Shown piece after piece: positions 8,453 through 17,276 of a stretch of DNA of 37,657 nt. The stretch lies in sequence record DRR723986_3503; one strand, 5' to 3'. The stretch's first letter is position 1. Each line of letters starts with the position of its first letter. The notes under the pieces were generated by a model that did not search any database, was not told where the DNA came from, and saw only the letters and a list, made by a program, of their open reading frames with translations. Made by a program: the position numbers and the translations under genes.

Positions 8453-8532
8453 CGGGAACTGAGGAAACCGATCTGCCGCCAGTTTCGTAGAAAGAGTAGA
8501 TCCACACCGGCGCTAAAGGAAAGGCACAGCCG

Positions 8533-10062
8533 ATCACCGATCTTGTTTTCATCCCGGGTGACCAGCTCTCACCGTCCATCTCTTCCCTGAAAGCCGCGAA
8601 CCGGGACACAGCCCGGATCCTCATGGCCGAAGTGATGGAAGAGGCTTCCTATGTGCCGCATCACAAGAAGAAGATCGCCTTCCTGTTTTCCGGCATGCGC
8701 CACTTTGCGGAGGAACTGCGCGAAGACGGCTGGACGGTCGACTATGTGCGGCTGGACGATGACGGCAATTCCGGAAGTTTCACGGGCGAACTGAAGCGCG
8801 CCGTCGACCGCCACGGCGCAGATCGCATCCTCGTCACTGAGCCCGGCGAATGGCGCGTGAGGCAGGACATGGAAACATGGGAAGACACGACCGGCCTGCC
8901 CGTCGATATCCTTGAGGATGACCGTTTCCTTTGTCCGCACGAAGAATTCCGAGACTGGGCCGAGGGCCGCAAGGAATTGCGGATGGAGTATTTCTATCGC
9001 GAAATGCGCCGCAAGACTGGCCTGCTGATGGAAGATGGAGACCCGGCAGGCGGCAAGTGGAACTATGATGCCGAAAACCGCAAACCCGCCAAGGCGAGCC
9101 TCTTCATGCCGCAGCCGCACCGGGTGAAACCTGATCAGATCACGGAGGAAGTGCTTGCCCTCGTCGCCAGCCGCTTTGCCGGTAATTTCGGAGACCTTGA
9201 GCCCTTCTGGTTCGCTGTCACCCGCGAAGAGGCCGAAGCCGCGCGGGCGCACTTCATCGCCGAGGCGCTGCCGGATTTCGGGGATTATCAGGATGCGATG
9301 CTGGCCGGGGAGAAGTTCCTCTACCATTCGCTCCTGTCCCTCTACATCAATGCCGGCCTGCTGGATCCGCTGGAGACCTGCCGCATGGCGGAGGCAGCGT
9401 GGAAAGCCGGCGATGCGCCGCTGAATTCGGTCGAGGGGTTCATCCGGCAGATCATCGGCTGGCGGGAATATGTGCGCGGAATCTACTGGCTGAAAATGCC
9501 GGACTACCTGGAGCTCAATTTCTTCGGTGCCGACCGCCCCTTGCCGGAGTTCTACTGGACCGGCGAGACAGACATGGCCTGCCTCCGCGCAGCGATCACG
9601 CAAACAAAAGAAGAAGCTTATGCCCACCATATCCAGCGGCTGATGCTGACCGGCAATTTTGCCCTGTTGGCGGGAGTCAACCCGAAAGCCGTGCATGAAT
9701 GGTATCTTGCCGTCTATGCGGATGCCTATGAATGGGTGGAGCTGCCCAACACGCTGGGCATGAGTCAGTATGCTGACGGAGGACTTCTGGGCAGCAAGCC
9801 CTATGCGTCCGGCGGCAACTATATCAGCAAGATGTCAGACTATTGCGAGGGCTGCCGGTACGATGTGAAGCAAAAGACCGGGCCGGATGCCTGCCCGTTC
9901 AATTCCCTCTACTGGGATTTCGTCAGTCGTAACGCAGACAAGCTGCGCGGCAATCCCCGCATGGCCCGCGTCTACTCCACCTGGGACCGGATGAAGGATG
10001 ACCGACAAGGCGAATATCTCGATACGGCGGCGATGTTTCTGGAAACGCTGGAAGGTTATTGA
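8533..10062 (+). CDS. phrB: FeS-cluster bacterial cryptochrome/(6-4) photolyase (PhrB/CryB type)
   Basis: HHKKKIAFLFSGMRHFA, LRMEYFYREMRR, GGKWNYDAENR, FGDYQDAM, EGFIRQIIGWREY, HHIQRLM, four FeS Cys (MACL, YCEGC, ACPFN). The family N-terminal GDQL motif (DLVFIPGDQLS) lies upstream of ATG 8623, so the start is placed at ATC 8533; the start is less certain than the call. Confidence 0.93.
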   Translation: MTDLVFIPGDQLSPSISSLKAANRDTARILMAEVMEEASYVPHHKKKIAFLFSGMRHFAEELREDGWTVDYVRLDDDGNSGSFTGELKRAVDRHGADRILVTEPGEWRVRQDMETWEDTTGLPVDILEDDRFLCPHEEFRDWAEGRKELRMEYFYREMRRKTGLLMEDGDPAGGKWNYDAENRKPAKASLFMPQPHRVKPDQITEEVLALVASRFAGNFGDLEPFWFAVTREEAEAARAHFIAEALPDFGDYQDAMLAGEKFLYHSLLSLYINAGLLDPLETCRMAEAAWKAGDAPLNSVEGFIRQIIGWREYVRGIYWLKMPDYLELNFFGADRPLPEFYWTGETDMACLRAAITQTKEEAYAHHIQRLMLTGNFALLAGVNPKAVHEWYLAVYADAYEWVELPNTLGMSQYADGGLLGSKPYASGGNYISKMSDYCEGCRYDVKQKTGPDACPFNSLYWDFVSRNADKLRGNPRMARVYSTWDRMKDDRQGEYLDTAAMFLETLEGY

Positions 10063-11690
10063 GCCGCTGGCGTTTGAGTTTGAAAGTAAAAGCGGCCACT
10101 GAACTGGGAATCCACCACCGGGCGTTGCTCCCCCTCCGTGTTCTTCTCGACCGCCTTTCCGACATCGTCGAAAACAAAGCGCGCTTCGCTTTCATAGAAG
10201 GGGATGCCCGGCCGGGTAATCCTCTCCGCAAGTAAAGTGGCGTAACCGCTGTCCTGCCTTGCGAGCGCCCCGGGTTGGGTCGCTGAAGCCACGATCATGT
10301 TGGGCCAGGCCTTGATGCGCGTCATGCCCTTGAAATCACTCTTGTTGTCGCTCGATTTCAGCGCGTTCCGGCACGCATCGATCACCACCATGATCTGACC
10401 GCCCTGATTGACGAAACGCGATGTGAACTTTTCAACCGACACCGCATCTGCGCCCAGTTCGTCTGCCTCATCCGCTTCAGAGTCCGTCGGGATCAGGTAG
10501 TTCCCCTCGCTATCCGCCCCACCATGACCGGAAAAATAGAAGAAAGCCGCCGGGGTCACGCCCACCGGTGCGGCCTCCACCTGCCTGTCATAGAACTCCT
10601 GGAAATTCCGCGTTTCTTCCCTGAGAAGGCTAAGGGTCGCATTGTGGCATTTGCGGACAGTAAACCCGGTGGCCGACAGCGCATCTGCAATCCGGTCCGC
10701 ATCATTGACCGGCTGAGTCAGCCGCCCCCATGCATCGTTATTCTGGTAGCCGTTATTCCCGATAACAAGCGCAAAACGCTCCTGTCCTGAAGTATCGCTT
10801 TCGAGATCGCCGGTGCAGACTCCTTTTTCCAGTTCCTGCCGGACTTCAGAAATACTTTTCCCCGCCCCTTTGGTAACGGCCCCACAACTGACAAGACAAA
10901 CGCTCTCGCCGGAAACCGTACTGATGGCAACTTCAGGATACTGACCAAGGTCAGTCTCAACCGCCATCTGTTCAGCCACTTGCGCCAGCGCCCGGAGCAC
11001 ATCGCCGGGACGGCGGATCGCTCCTGCGAGCAGTTCTCCAAACAGGGGCGAGTCATACGCGGCCTGCCCCCGTCGGGCGGAAAACAAGCTGATCGTCTCG
11101 ACACCGGGACGGCGCGGGTGCATGTGTGCAAAAAGATCAGCAAATAGATCGACTTTTCCAAAGCCTTTTGTCGCCGCGGCGTCCGAATAAATTTTTTCCA
11201 CCGGAACCGTGCCCGTATCATATATATTGATATTCAGCCGGCGGCCTGGATGGCTCCCGAAAAAGGTCTGGTACGGAATCCCTTCGTAGCGATACGTCTC
11301 TTCGGTCATCCCGTTGACAGTTATATCTGCTGCAAGCATCAGCGGAACCTCGTCCGCGGAGACTCCGTTGCCAGCGTAGAAGATTAGCGACACATCAACG
11401 CTTGTTTCCTGCGAGAAGCCTCGGATCTCGGATAGCATTTCTTCGCGCGTCGAATCTATTCGGACGGTTGTCTCGAAACCGACATCCCGCAAGGCCTGAT
11501 CGACGTTTTGCACTGCCGGGACCGACGTCGAGAACTTCCAGCCCTCGGGGCCCTGATACGTATCGTTTCCGATCAATAGCGCCCGGCAGATATGCTTGGC
11601 GCAATAGCCTTCGCCGACCGGCACTGGCTGCGCCAGCGCGCCCTGCAGGCAGCTCAACAGGAAGGCGAATGCCAGTACCGCAACTCTCAC
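10056..11690 (-). CDS. Exported tandem caspase-like (peptidase C14) protein: degenerate domain plus intact domain
   Basis: GTG 11690 preceded by GGAGG; signal peptide MRVAVLAFAFLLSCLQGALA|Q. Two copies of the C14 core: RALLIGNDTY..FYAGNG..IYDTG and RFALVIGNNGY..YFSGHG..IDACRN. Confidence 0.88.
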   Translation of the reverse strand: MRVAVLAFAFLLSCLQGALAQPVPVGEGYCAKHICRALLIGNDTYQGPEGWKFSTSVPAVQNVDQALRDVGFETTVRIDSTREEMLSEIRGFSQETSVDVSLIFYAGNGVSADEVPLMLAADITVNGMTEETYRYEGIPYQTFFGSHPGRRLNINIYDTGTVPVEKIYSDAAATKGFGKVDLFADLFAHMHPRRPGVETISLFSARRGQAAYDSPLFGELLAGAIRRPGDVLRALAQVAEQMAVETDLGQYPEVAISTVSGESVCLVSCGAVTKGAGKSISEVRQELEKGVCTGDLESDTSGQERFALVIGNNGYQNNDAWGRLTQPVNDADRIADALSATGFTVRKCHNATLSLLREETRNFQEFYDRQVEAAPVGVTPAAFFYFSGHGGADSEGNYLIPTDSEADEADELGADAVSVEKFTSRFVNQGGQIMVVIDACRNALKSSDNKSDFKGMTRIKAWPNMIVASATQPGALARQDSGYATLLAERITRPGIPFYESEARFVFDDVGKAVEKNTEGEQRPVVDSQFSGRFYFQTQTPAAQ

Positions 11691-11821
11691 GCCAGATCCT
11701 CCAATACACCCCATGATAAAACGCGTTCAGGGTGCCCTGATCAATGGACAAGGAGGAAATTACTTGAATCTGCACGATCCGGCATGACTGCCAGGCACAG
11801 GACGCCGGAACAGATTTCCGG

Positions 11822-13591
11822 TCAGATCCCGAACAGGGCTTCGCTGCCTTCCAGGAAGGTCTGGCCGCCTTCGGTGATGCCGGGGACGCGGCCCGGCGCT
11901 TCGGCGAGTGCGGTTTCTGCGAAGAAGCCGGCAAGGGCGAGGTTGCGGGCGCGGGTGGCCGTATCGCTGGAGCGGGCAGCCGTTGCGGCGCGCGTCAGGA
12001 AGTGGCCGCCGATCACGTCGCCTGCCAGCGCAAGATAAGCCGTCGCCCCGGCGAGCGCCTTGTCCTGATCGCGGTCCTTCATGGCCGCCAGCATCCAGTC
12101 GGTCGCTTCGCGCAGCGCATCGGCCCCGGCACGCAGGCGGTCTGCGATCTGGACAAGCTGCGGCTCGTTCGTGGCGCGGGCTTCGCGGATGGTCGCGTCG
12201 ATGTCGCCAAGAATCAGACGCATGGATTCGCCATTCGTGCCGGAGAGTTTGCGGCCGACAAGGTCGATGGCCTGAATGCCGTTCGTGCCTTCATAGATCG
12301 GCGCGATCCGGGCATCGCGGTAGAGCTGCGCCGCCAGCGTCTCGTTCATGAAGCCCATACCGCCATGGATCTGCAGGCCGAGGCTCGCGACATCGACGCC
12401 CATGTCGGTGGACCAGGCCTTGGCGATGGGCGTCAGCAGGTCTTCGCGCAGCTTGGCCGCATGGCGCGCCTGCTCGTCCGTCGCCGCGTCGGCAAGGTCT
12501 GCCGCCACACCGCAAGCATAGCAAATGGCGCGGGCCGCTGCGACGCGGGCGAGCATGGTCGTCAGGGTGCGGCGTACATCGGCATGGTGCAGGATCGGGG
12601 CGGGGCCGTCGACACCCTGCACTTTGCCCTGCTTACGCTCCTGGGCGTATTCGAACGCGGTCTGGTAAGCCGCCTCGCCCACGGCGACGCCTTCAAGGCC
12701 GACATTCAGACGCGCCGAGTTCATCATCGTGAACATGCAGGCAAGGCCCTTGTTCGCTTCGCCGATCAGCCAGCCTTTCGCGCCGTCATACTCCATCACG
12801 CAGGTAGGGGAGGCGTGAATGCCGATCTTCTTCTCAAGGCCAATACACTTCAGGCTGTTGCGCTCGCCCAGGCTGCCATCCTCATTGACGAGGAATTTCG
12901 GTACCAGGAACAGCGACACGCCGCGCGACCCGGCCGGGGCATCCGGCAGGCGGGCGAGCACCAGGTGGATGATGTTCTCGGCGATGTCGTGGTCGCCCCA
13001 GGTGATGAAGATCTTCTGGCCGCTGATCGCGTAGGAACCGTCTTCGTTCGGCACAGCTTTCGTCTTCAGTGCACCGACGTCGGAACCAGCCTGTGGCTCG
13101 GTCAGGTTCATCGTGCCGGTCCAGTTCCCGGCGACGAGGTTGGGCAGGTAGGTCCGCTTCTGCGCGTCCGTACCATGGTGCAGCAACGCCTCGATGGCCC
13201 CGAAGCTGAGCAGCGGGCAGAGGCCGAACGCCATGTTCGCCGCGTGGATCATCTCCATGACGGCCAGCGCGACCGCCTTGGGCAGGCCCTGTCCGCCCCA
13301 TTCCTCCGGCGCGGAAAGCCCCATCCAGCCGCCATCGCGGAACTGGGCGTAAGCCTCGGCAAAGCCCGGTGCAGCCTTGACGCCCTCATCTGTCAGAACG
13401 GCCCCGGTTGCGTCGCCGGACTGGTTCAGCGGCGCCAGCACGTCCCGGGCCAGCTTGCCGGCTTCTTCCAGGATCGGCGCAATCAGTTCGGCGTCATAGG
13501 CCTCAAAGCCCGGCAGGCCTTCCAGCTTCGGCAGACCAGCGACAGCCTGCAGCGTGAAAGCCATGTCGTTGATAGGGGCTTCATAGGCCAT
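11822..13591 (-). CDS. Acyl-CoA dehydrogenase (long form; DmdC/FadE5-like subfamily)
   Basis: GTMNLTEPQAGSDVG, GQKIFITWGDHD, KIGIHASPTC, QIHGGMGF, IYEGTNGIQAIDL. RBS GGAG before ATG 13591. Confidence 0.92.
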   Translation of the reverse strand: MAYEAPINDMAFTLQAVAGLPKLEGLPGFEAYDAELIAPILEEAGKLARDVLAPLNQSGDATGAVLTDEGVKAAPGFAEAYAQFRDGGWMGLSAPEEWGGQGLPKAVALAVMEMIHAANMAFGLCPLLSFGAIEALLHHGTDAQKRTYLPNLVAGNWTGTMNLTEPQAGSDVGALKTKAVPNEDGSYAISGQKIFITWGDHDIAENIIHLVLARLPDAPAGSRGVSLFLVPKFLVNEDGSLGERNSLKCIGLEKKIGIHASPTCVMEYDGAKGWLIGEANKGLACMFTMMNSARLNVGLEGVAVGEAAYQTAFEYAQERKQGKVQGVDGPAPILHHADVRRTLTTMLARVAAARAICYACGVAADLADAATDEQARHAAKLREDLLTPIAKAWSTDMGVDVASLGLQIHGGMGFMNETLAAQLYRDARIAPIYEGTNGIQAIDLVGRKLSGTNGESMRLILGDIDATIREARATNEPQLVQIADRLRAGADALREATDWMLAAMKDRDQDKALAGATAYLALAGDVIGGHFLTRAATAARSSDTATRARNLALAGFFAETALAEAPGRVPGITEGGQTFLEGSEALFGI

Positions 13592-13710
13592 CAATTTATC
13601 TCCGATTACGCATAAGTGATATTGGGCTCAGGCTTTAGCGTGACTGTGGCGACTGTCCAGCGGAGCACTATACTCTGCGTCAACCTGACCAACAGAAGGC
13701 TCAACCACCT

Positions 13711-14436
13711 ATGCGCACATTCCTCCTTTCCGTTTCTGCAATTGCTCTCGTCGCTTGCGGCGCGCCCACGGCCAGTGAAGCTGCTCCGGCAACCCCGGAA
13801 GCCAGCGCCACTGAAACCACCACAGGCCCGGCCGAAGCCCCGGCCCCGGAACTCGGCCCAGCTGGCACCTATGACCTTGATCCGACCCACGCCTCACTGA
13901 CCTGGCAGGTCAACCATTTCGGCCTGTCGAATTATACCGCCCGCTTCACCGGCATTTCCGGCACGCTGGAGTTCGACCCGGAAGACCTGTCAGCCAGCGT
14001 GCTGGATATCACCGTCGATCCGGCCTCGGTCGAGACCGACTTCCCAGGCGACTTCAAGGCCAGCCACCCGGACAGCCCGTTCGACACGTTCGACCAGGAA
14101 ATCTCCGAGAGCGACGCCTACTTCAACTCCACGGCCTTCCCGGCCATTACGTTCAAGTCCACGGACGTTTTTGCGACCGGCGCCAACACCGGCACCGTCA
14201 CCGGCGACGTGACGTTCCGCGGTGTCACCAAGCCGGTCACCCTCGACGTGACGTATAACGGCACCGCAAGCTTCCCGTGGGCACCCGATCAGCCGAAAAT
14301 CGGCTTTTCGGCCACCGGCACGCTGAAGCGGTCCGACTTCGGCATGGACATACTGGTGCCAAGCGTCAGCGACGAGGTAGACTTGCTGATCGAAGTCGAA
14401 TTCGCCAAGGCAGCGGAAGCCAGCGAATCTGAATAA
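13711..14436 (+). CDS. YceI-family (polyisoprenoid-binding) lipoprotein
   Basis: Lipobox LVAC, Ala/Pro/Glu linker, YDLDPTHASLTWQVNHFGLS, FPAITFKST, GVTKPVTLDV, LKRSDFGM. Confidence 0.9.
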   Translation: MRTFLLSVSAIALVACGAPTASEAAPATPEASATETTTGPAEAPAPELGPAGTYDLDPTHASLTWQVNHFGLSNYTARFTGISGTLEFDPEDLSASVLDITVDPASVETDFPGDFKASHPDSPFDTFDQEISESDAYFNSTAFPAITFKSTDVFATGANTGTVTGDVTFRGVTKPVTLDVTYNGTASFPWAPDQPKIGFSATGTLKRSDFGMDILVPSVSDEVDLLIEVEFAKAAEASESE

Positions 14437-14447
14437 GGCCTACTTCC

Positions 14448-15644
14448 ATGCATGCTCCATCCTCCAATCGGTATACCGCCGTCGCGATTCTCCTGCATTG
14501 GGCGATCGCGGGCCTGATCCTGTTCATGATCTGGCTGGGATGGAACATGGAAGACAACGAAGCCCGATTCCAGCTGCACAAATCGATTGGGATCGCGATC
14601 CTGTTCCTCAGTGTGGCGCGGGTGATGTGGCGGTGGCTGAACTCGCCGCCGCCATTGCCGGACGATATGACCCCATGGGAGAAACGCCTCTCCCATGGGG
14701 TGCATGTCGGCTTTTACGCCCTGATGATCGCCCTGCCGCTGCTCGGCTGGCTGCTGGTGTCCACCTCGAAATTCCAGGTTTCGACCGTCCTGTTCGGCAC
14801 GGTCAGCTGGCCTCACCTTCCGTTTACAGAAGGCCTGCGGGGCGGGGTGGTGCACGAGGTGACCGAGTTCCTGCATTCCAAGGGCGCCTGGGTTCTGATC
14901 GTGCTGCTGGGCCTGCACGTCGCAGGCGCCATCAAGCATGAAGTCGCCGCGGAACAAGGTGTGTTCAAGCGGATGATCCCGGGCCTGTTCGGCCGGGCGC
15001 ATTCACCGGCTCCTGCCAGGGGCTATGTAACCGCCTTCGGCGCCGCTGTGCTCCTGTTCGCGATCATCGCGGCCGTCCCGCTGATGAAATCTTCGCCATC
15101 TACACCGGCAGGCCTCGGCACGATCGGCGCCGTCCCGGCAGAAGCCGGCAACTGGGAAATCGATCCCGCGACCTCCGAAATCGCCTTTTCCGGCATGTAT
15201 CAGGGCAAGCCTTTCTCCGGCACATTCCCCCGCTGGGATGCGAGTGTCCTGTTCGACCCGGACGATCTGGAAAGCTCCGCCGTGGAAGTCGAGGTATATC
15301 CCGGCACGGCCAGCACGGGCACCAAGCTCTATGACGACACGCTGCAGGGCGGCGAATGGTTCGATACGAACACGTTCCCGGTCGTGAAAGTCAGCCTGAT
15401 CAATTTCGCGGCCTCAGCCGAGGGCGGCTACACGGCAGAAGCCTCGCTGCTGGTGAAGGAGAAGGCGGTCAATGTGCCGTTCGACTTCGGCCTGATCATC
15501 GAGGGTGACACCGCGACCTTTGAAGGCACGGCCACACTCTCCCGTACGGGCCTGAACCTCGGCCAGCAGTCTGACCCCGGCGGTGACTGGGTCGCAGACG
15601 AGGTCACCGTTACCGTCAAAGGTACCGCTGCCCGCAAGGAATAA
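14448..15644 (+). CDS. Cytochrome b561 (YceJ/CybB-like) fused to a C-terminal YceI domain
   Basis: RYTAVAILLHW, LHKSIG, HGVHVGFY, EFLH, LHVAGAIKH haem-b helices; then WEIDPATSEIAF...GTFPRWDASVLFDPDDL...LSRTGLNLG YceI domain. Confidence 0.88.
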   Translation: MHAPSSNRYTAVAILLHWAIAGLILFMIWLGWNMEDNEARFQLHKSIGIAILFLSVARVMWRWLNSPPPLPDDMTPWEKRLSHGVHVGFYALMIALPLLGWLLVSTSKFQVSTVLFGTVSWPHLPFTEGLRGGVVHEVTEFLHSKGAWVLIVLLGLHVAGAIKHEVAAEQGVFKRMIPGLFGRAHSPAPARGYVTAFGAAVLLFAIIAAVPLMKSSPSTPAGLGTIGAVPAEAGNWEIDPATSEIAFSGMYQGKPFSGTFPRWDASVLFDPDDLESSAVEVEVYPGTASTGTKLYDDTLQGGEWFDTNTFPVVKVSLINFAASAEGGYTAEASLLVKEKAVNVPFDFGLIIEGDTATFEGTATLSRTGLNLGQQSDPGGDWVADEVTVTVKGTAARKE

Positions 15645-15692
15645 TGCGCCTGCGGCTTCCGGCCAGGCGGGACGGGTGATAAGGCGCGCATT

Positions 15693-16631
15693 ATGACCGC
15701 CATTGTGCCCATCCAGCCGGGAACGCTCAGCCTCGCCGCAATGCATCTGCGCGGCGGCGGCCTTGTCGCCATGCCCACCGAAACCGTCTACGGCCTCGCC
15801 TGCAATGCAGCGAACCCGGATGCCGTGGTGCGCCTCTATGAGGCCAAGGGCCGCCCGCGCTTCAACCCGCTGATCGCCCATGTCGCCAGTATGGAGATGG
15901 CGGAGCATGAGGCTGTCTTCTCCGAGGCCGCCCGCGATATCGCCGCGAAGTTCTGGCCGGGGCCGCTGACCATGGTCCTGCCCGTCGCGCCGACCGGCAC
16001 GGTCAGCGACATCGCCCGCGCCGGCCTCGACACGATCGCCCTGCGCATGCCGGCCCATCCTGGCGCGCGCGCGCTGATCGAGACCTTCGGCAAGCCGCTG
16101 GTTGCGCCCTCGGCCAACCGGTCCGGCCATGTAAGCCCGACAACGGCTAGCCACGTGAAGGAAGACCTGGACGGGAAGGTCGACCTGATCCTTGATGGCG
16201 GCCCGTGCGAGCGCGGCATTGAGTCGACCATCGTGTCTTTCGTTGACGAGCGCCCTGTCCTGCTCCGCGCTGGCGCGCTGGAAACCTCCGCACTGGAAGC
16301 CGCGTTGGGCCAGCCGCTGATCGCCCGCGAGGAAGCTGACGGAATCTCCGCCCCCGGACAACTCAAAAGCCACTACGCCCCGAACGCCCGCCTGCGCCTG
16401 AAGGCCGACGCGCCGGAGCCGGGCGAGGGATGGCTCGCCTTTGGTGAGACGCCCTATTCCGGACTGAATCTTTCCGAAGCCGGAGACCTGCGCGAAGCCG
16501 CAAAGAATTTGTTCGCCGCCCTGCGAACGCTGGATACGCAATTCGACCGGATCGCCGTCGCCCGCATCCCGGACGAAGGCCTCGGCGAAGCCATCAACGA
16601 CCGCCTCGCCCGCGCGGCCTACCGGGATTAG
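15693..16631 (+). CDS. sua5: L-threonylcarbamoyladenylate synthase, Sua5 type (YrdC + SUA5 domains)
   Basis: PTETVYGLA, KGRPRFNPLIAH, FWPGPLT, APSANRSG, linker APGQLKSHYAP, AINDRLARAA. Confidence 0.95.
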   Translation: MTAIVPIQPGTLSLAAMHLRGGGLVAMPTETVYGLACNAANPDAVVRLYEAKGRPRFNPLIAHVASMEMAEHEAVFSEAARDIAAKFWPGPLTMVLPVAPTGTVSDIARAGLDTIALRMPAHPGARALIETFGKPLVAPSANRSGHVSPTTASHVKEDLDGKVDLILDGGPCERGIESTIVSFVDERPVLLRAGALETSALEAALGQPLIAREEADGISAPGQLKSHYAPNARLRLKADAPEPGEGWLAFGETPYSGLNLSEAGDLREAAKNLFAALRTLDTQFDRIAVARIPDEGLGEAINDRLARAAYRD

Positions 16632-16640
16632 GATCAGGCC

Positions 16641-17276
16641 ATGCACCCTGCCCGCCGTTTCCACGTCACAGACCCTGCTATCCTGCGCCAGCGCATCCTA
16701 GAGCATCCGTTCGCGGTGATCAGTGCAGTGAGCGATGGCCAGCCCGTTGCGGCGCACGCCCCCATTCTTCCCTATTCAGAGGGCCTCCCCTCCGGGGAAG
16801 GGGAGACCCTGTCCCTGCGCTTTCACCTATCCGTCGCCAATCCGGTCACCAAGGCCCTGCTGGCAGGCAGTCCGGTGCTCGCTGTTTTCACCGGCGCACA
16901 CGCCTATGTCTCCCCGGACTGGTACGGCATCGACGATCAGGTGCCGACCTGGAACTATGTTTCTGTCGAGGCTGCTGGCCCGGTCACCCGTCTTGACGAT
17001 GACGCGATGCGCCAGCTGATCGACGACCTCTCAGACCATTTCGAAGCAGGTCTCACGCCGAAACCAATCTGGAAGACATCCAAAATGACGCCCGCCCGGC
17101 TGGAGGCACTGTATCGCGGCCTCGCGGCGTTCGAACTCCGCCCGGAACGCCTCGAAGGTATCGCCAAGCTGAACCAGGATAAACCGGCCAGTGCCCGCGC
17201 CCGCGTGGCCGACGCACTGGACGCGACAGAAAGCGGCTTCGCGCTCGCCGCAGAAATGCGTAAACTGGAGTCATGA
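16641..17276 (+). CDS. PaiB-family FMN-binding split-barrel protein
   Basis: HAYVSPDWY...VPTWNYVSV and KLNQDK motifs. Confidence 0.88.
   Translation: MHPARRFHVTDPAILRQRILEHPFAVISAVSDGQPVAAHAPILPYSEGLPSGEGETLSLRFHLSVANPVTKALLAGSPVLAVFTGAHAYVSPDWYGIDDQVPTWNYVSVEAAGPVTRLDDDAMRQLIDDLSDHFEAGLTPKPIWKTSKMTPARLEALYRGLAAFELRPERLEGIAKLNQDKPASARARVADALDATESGFALAAEMRKLES

Noticed and set aside
12002-13615. 537-aa + strand ORF and similar long antisense ORFs (2189..3262, 8569..9696, 15414..16664, 22939..24096, 27424..28395, 32844..34049, 36392..37444)
   Set aside because: Each lies opposite a confidently identified gene, has no recognisable motifs, and is expected from high-GC codon bias.
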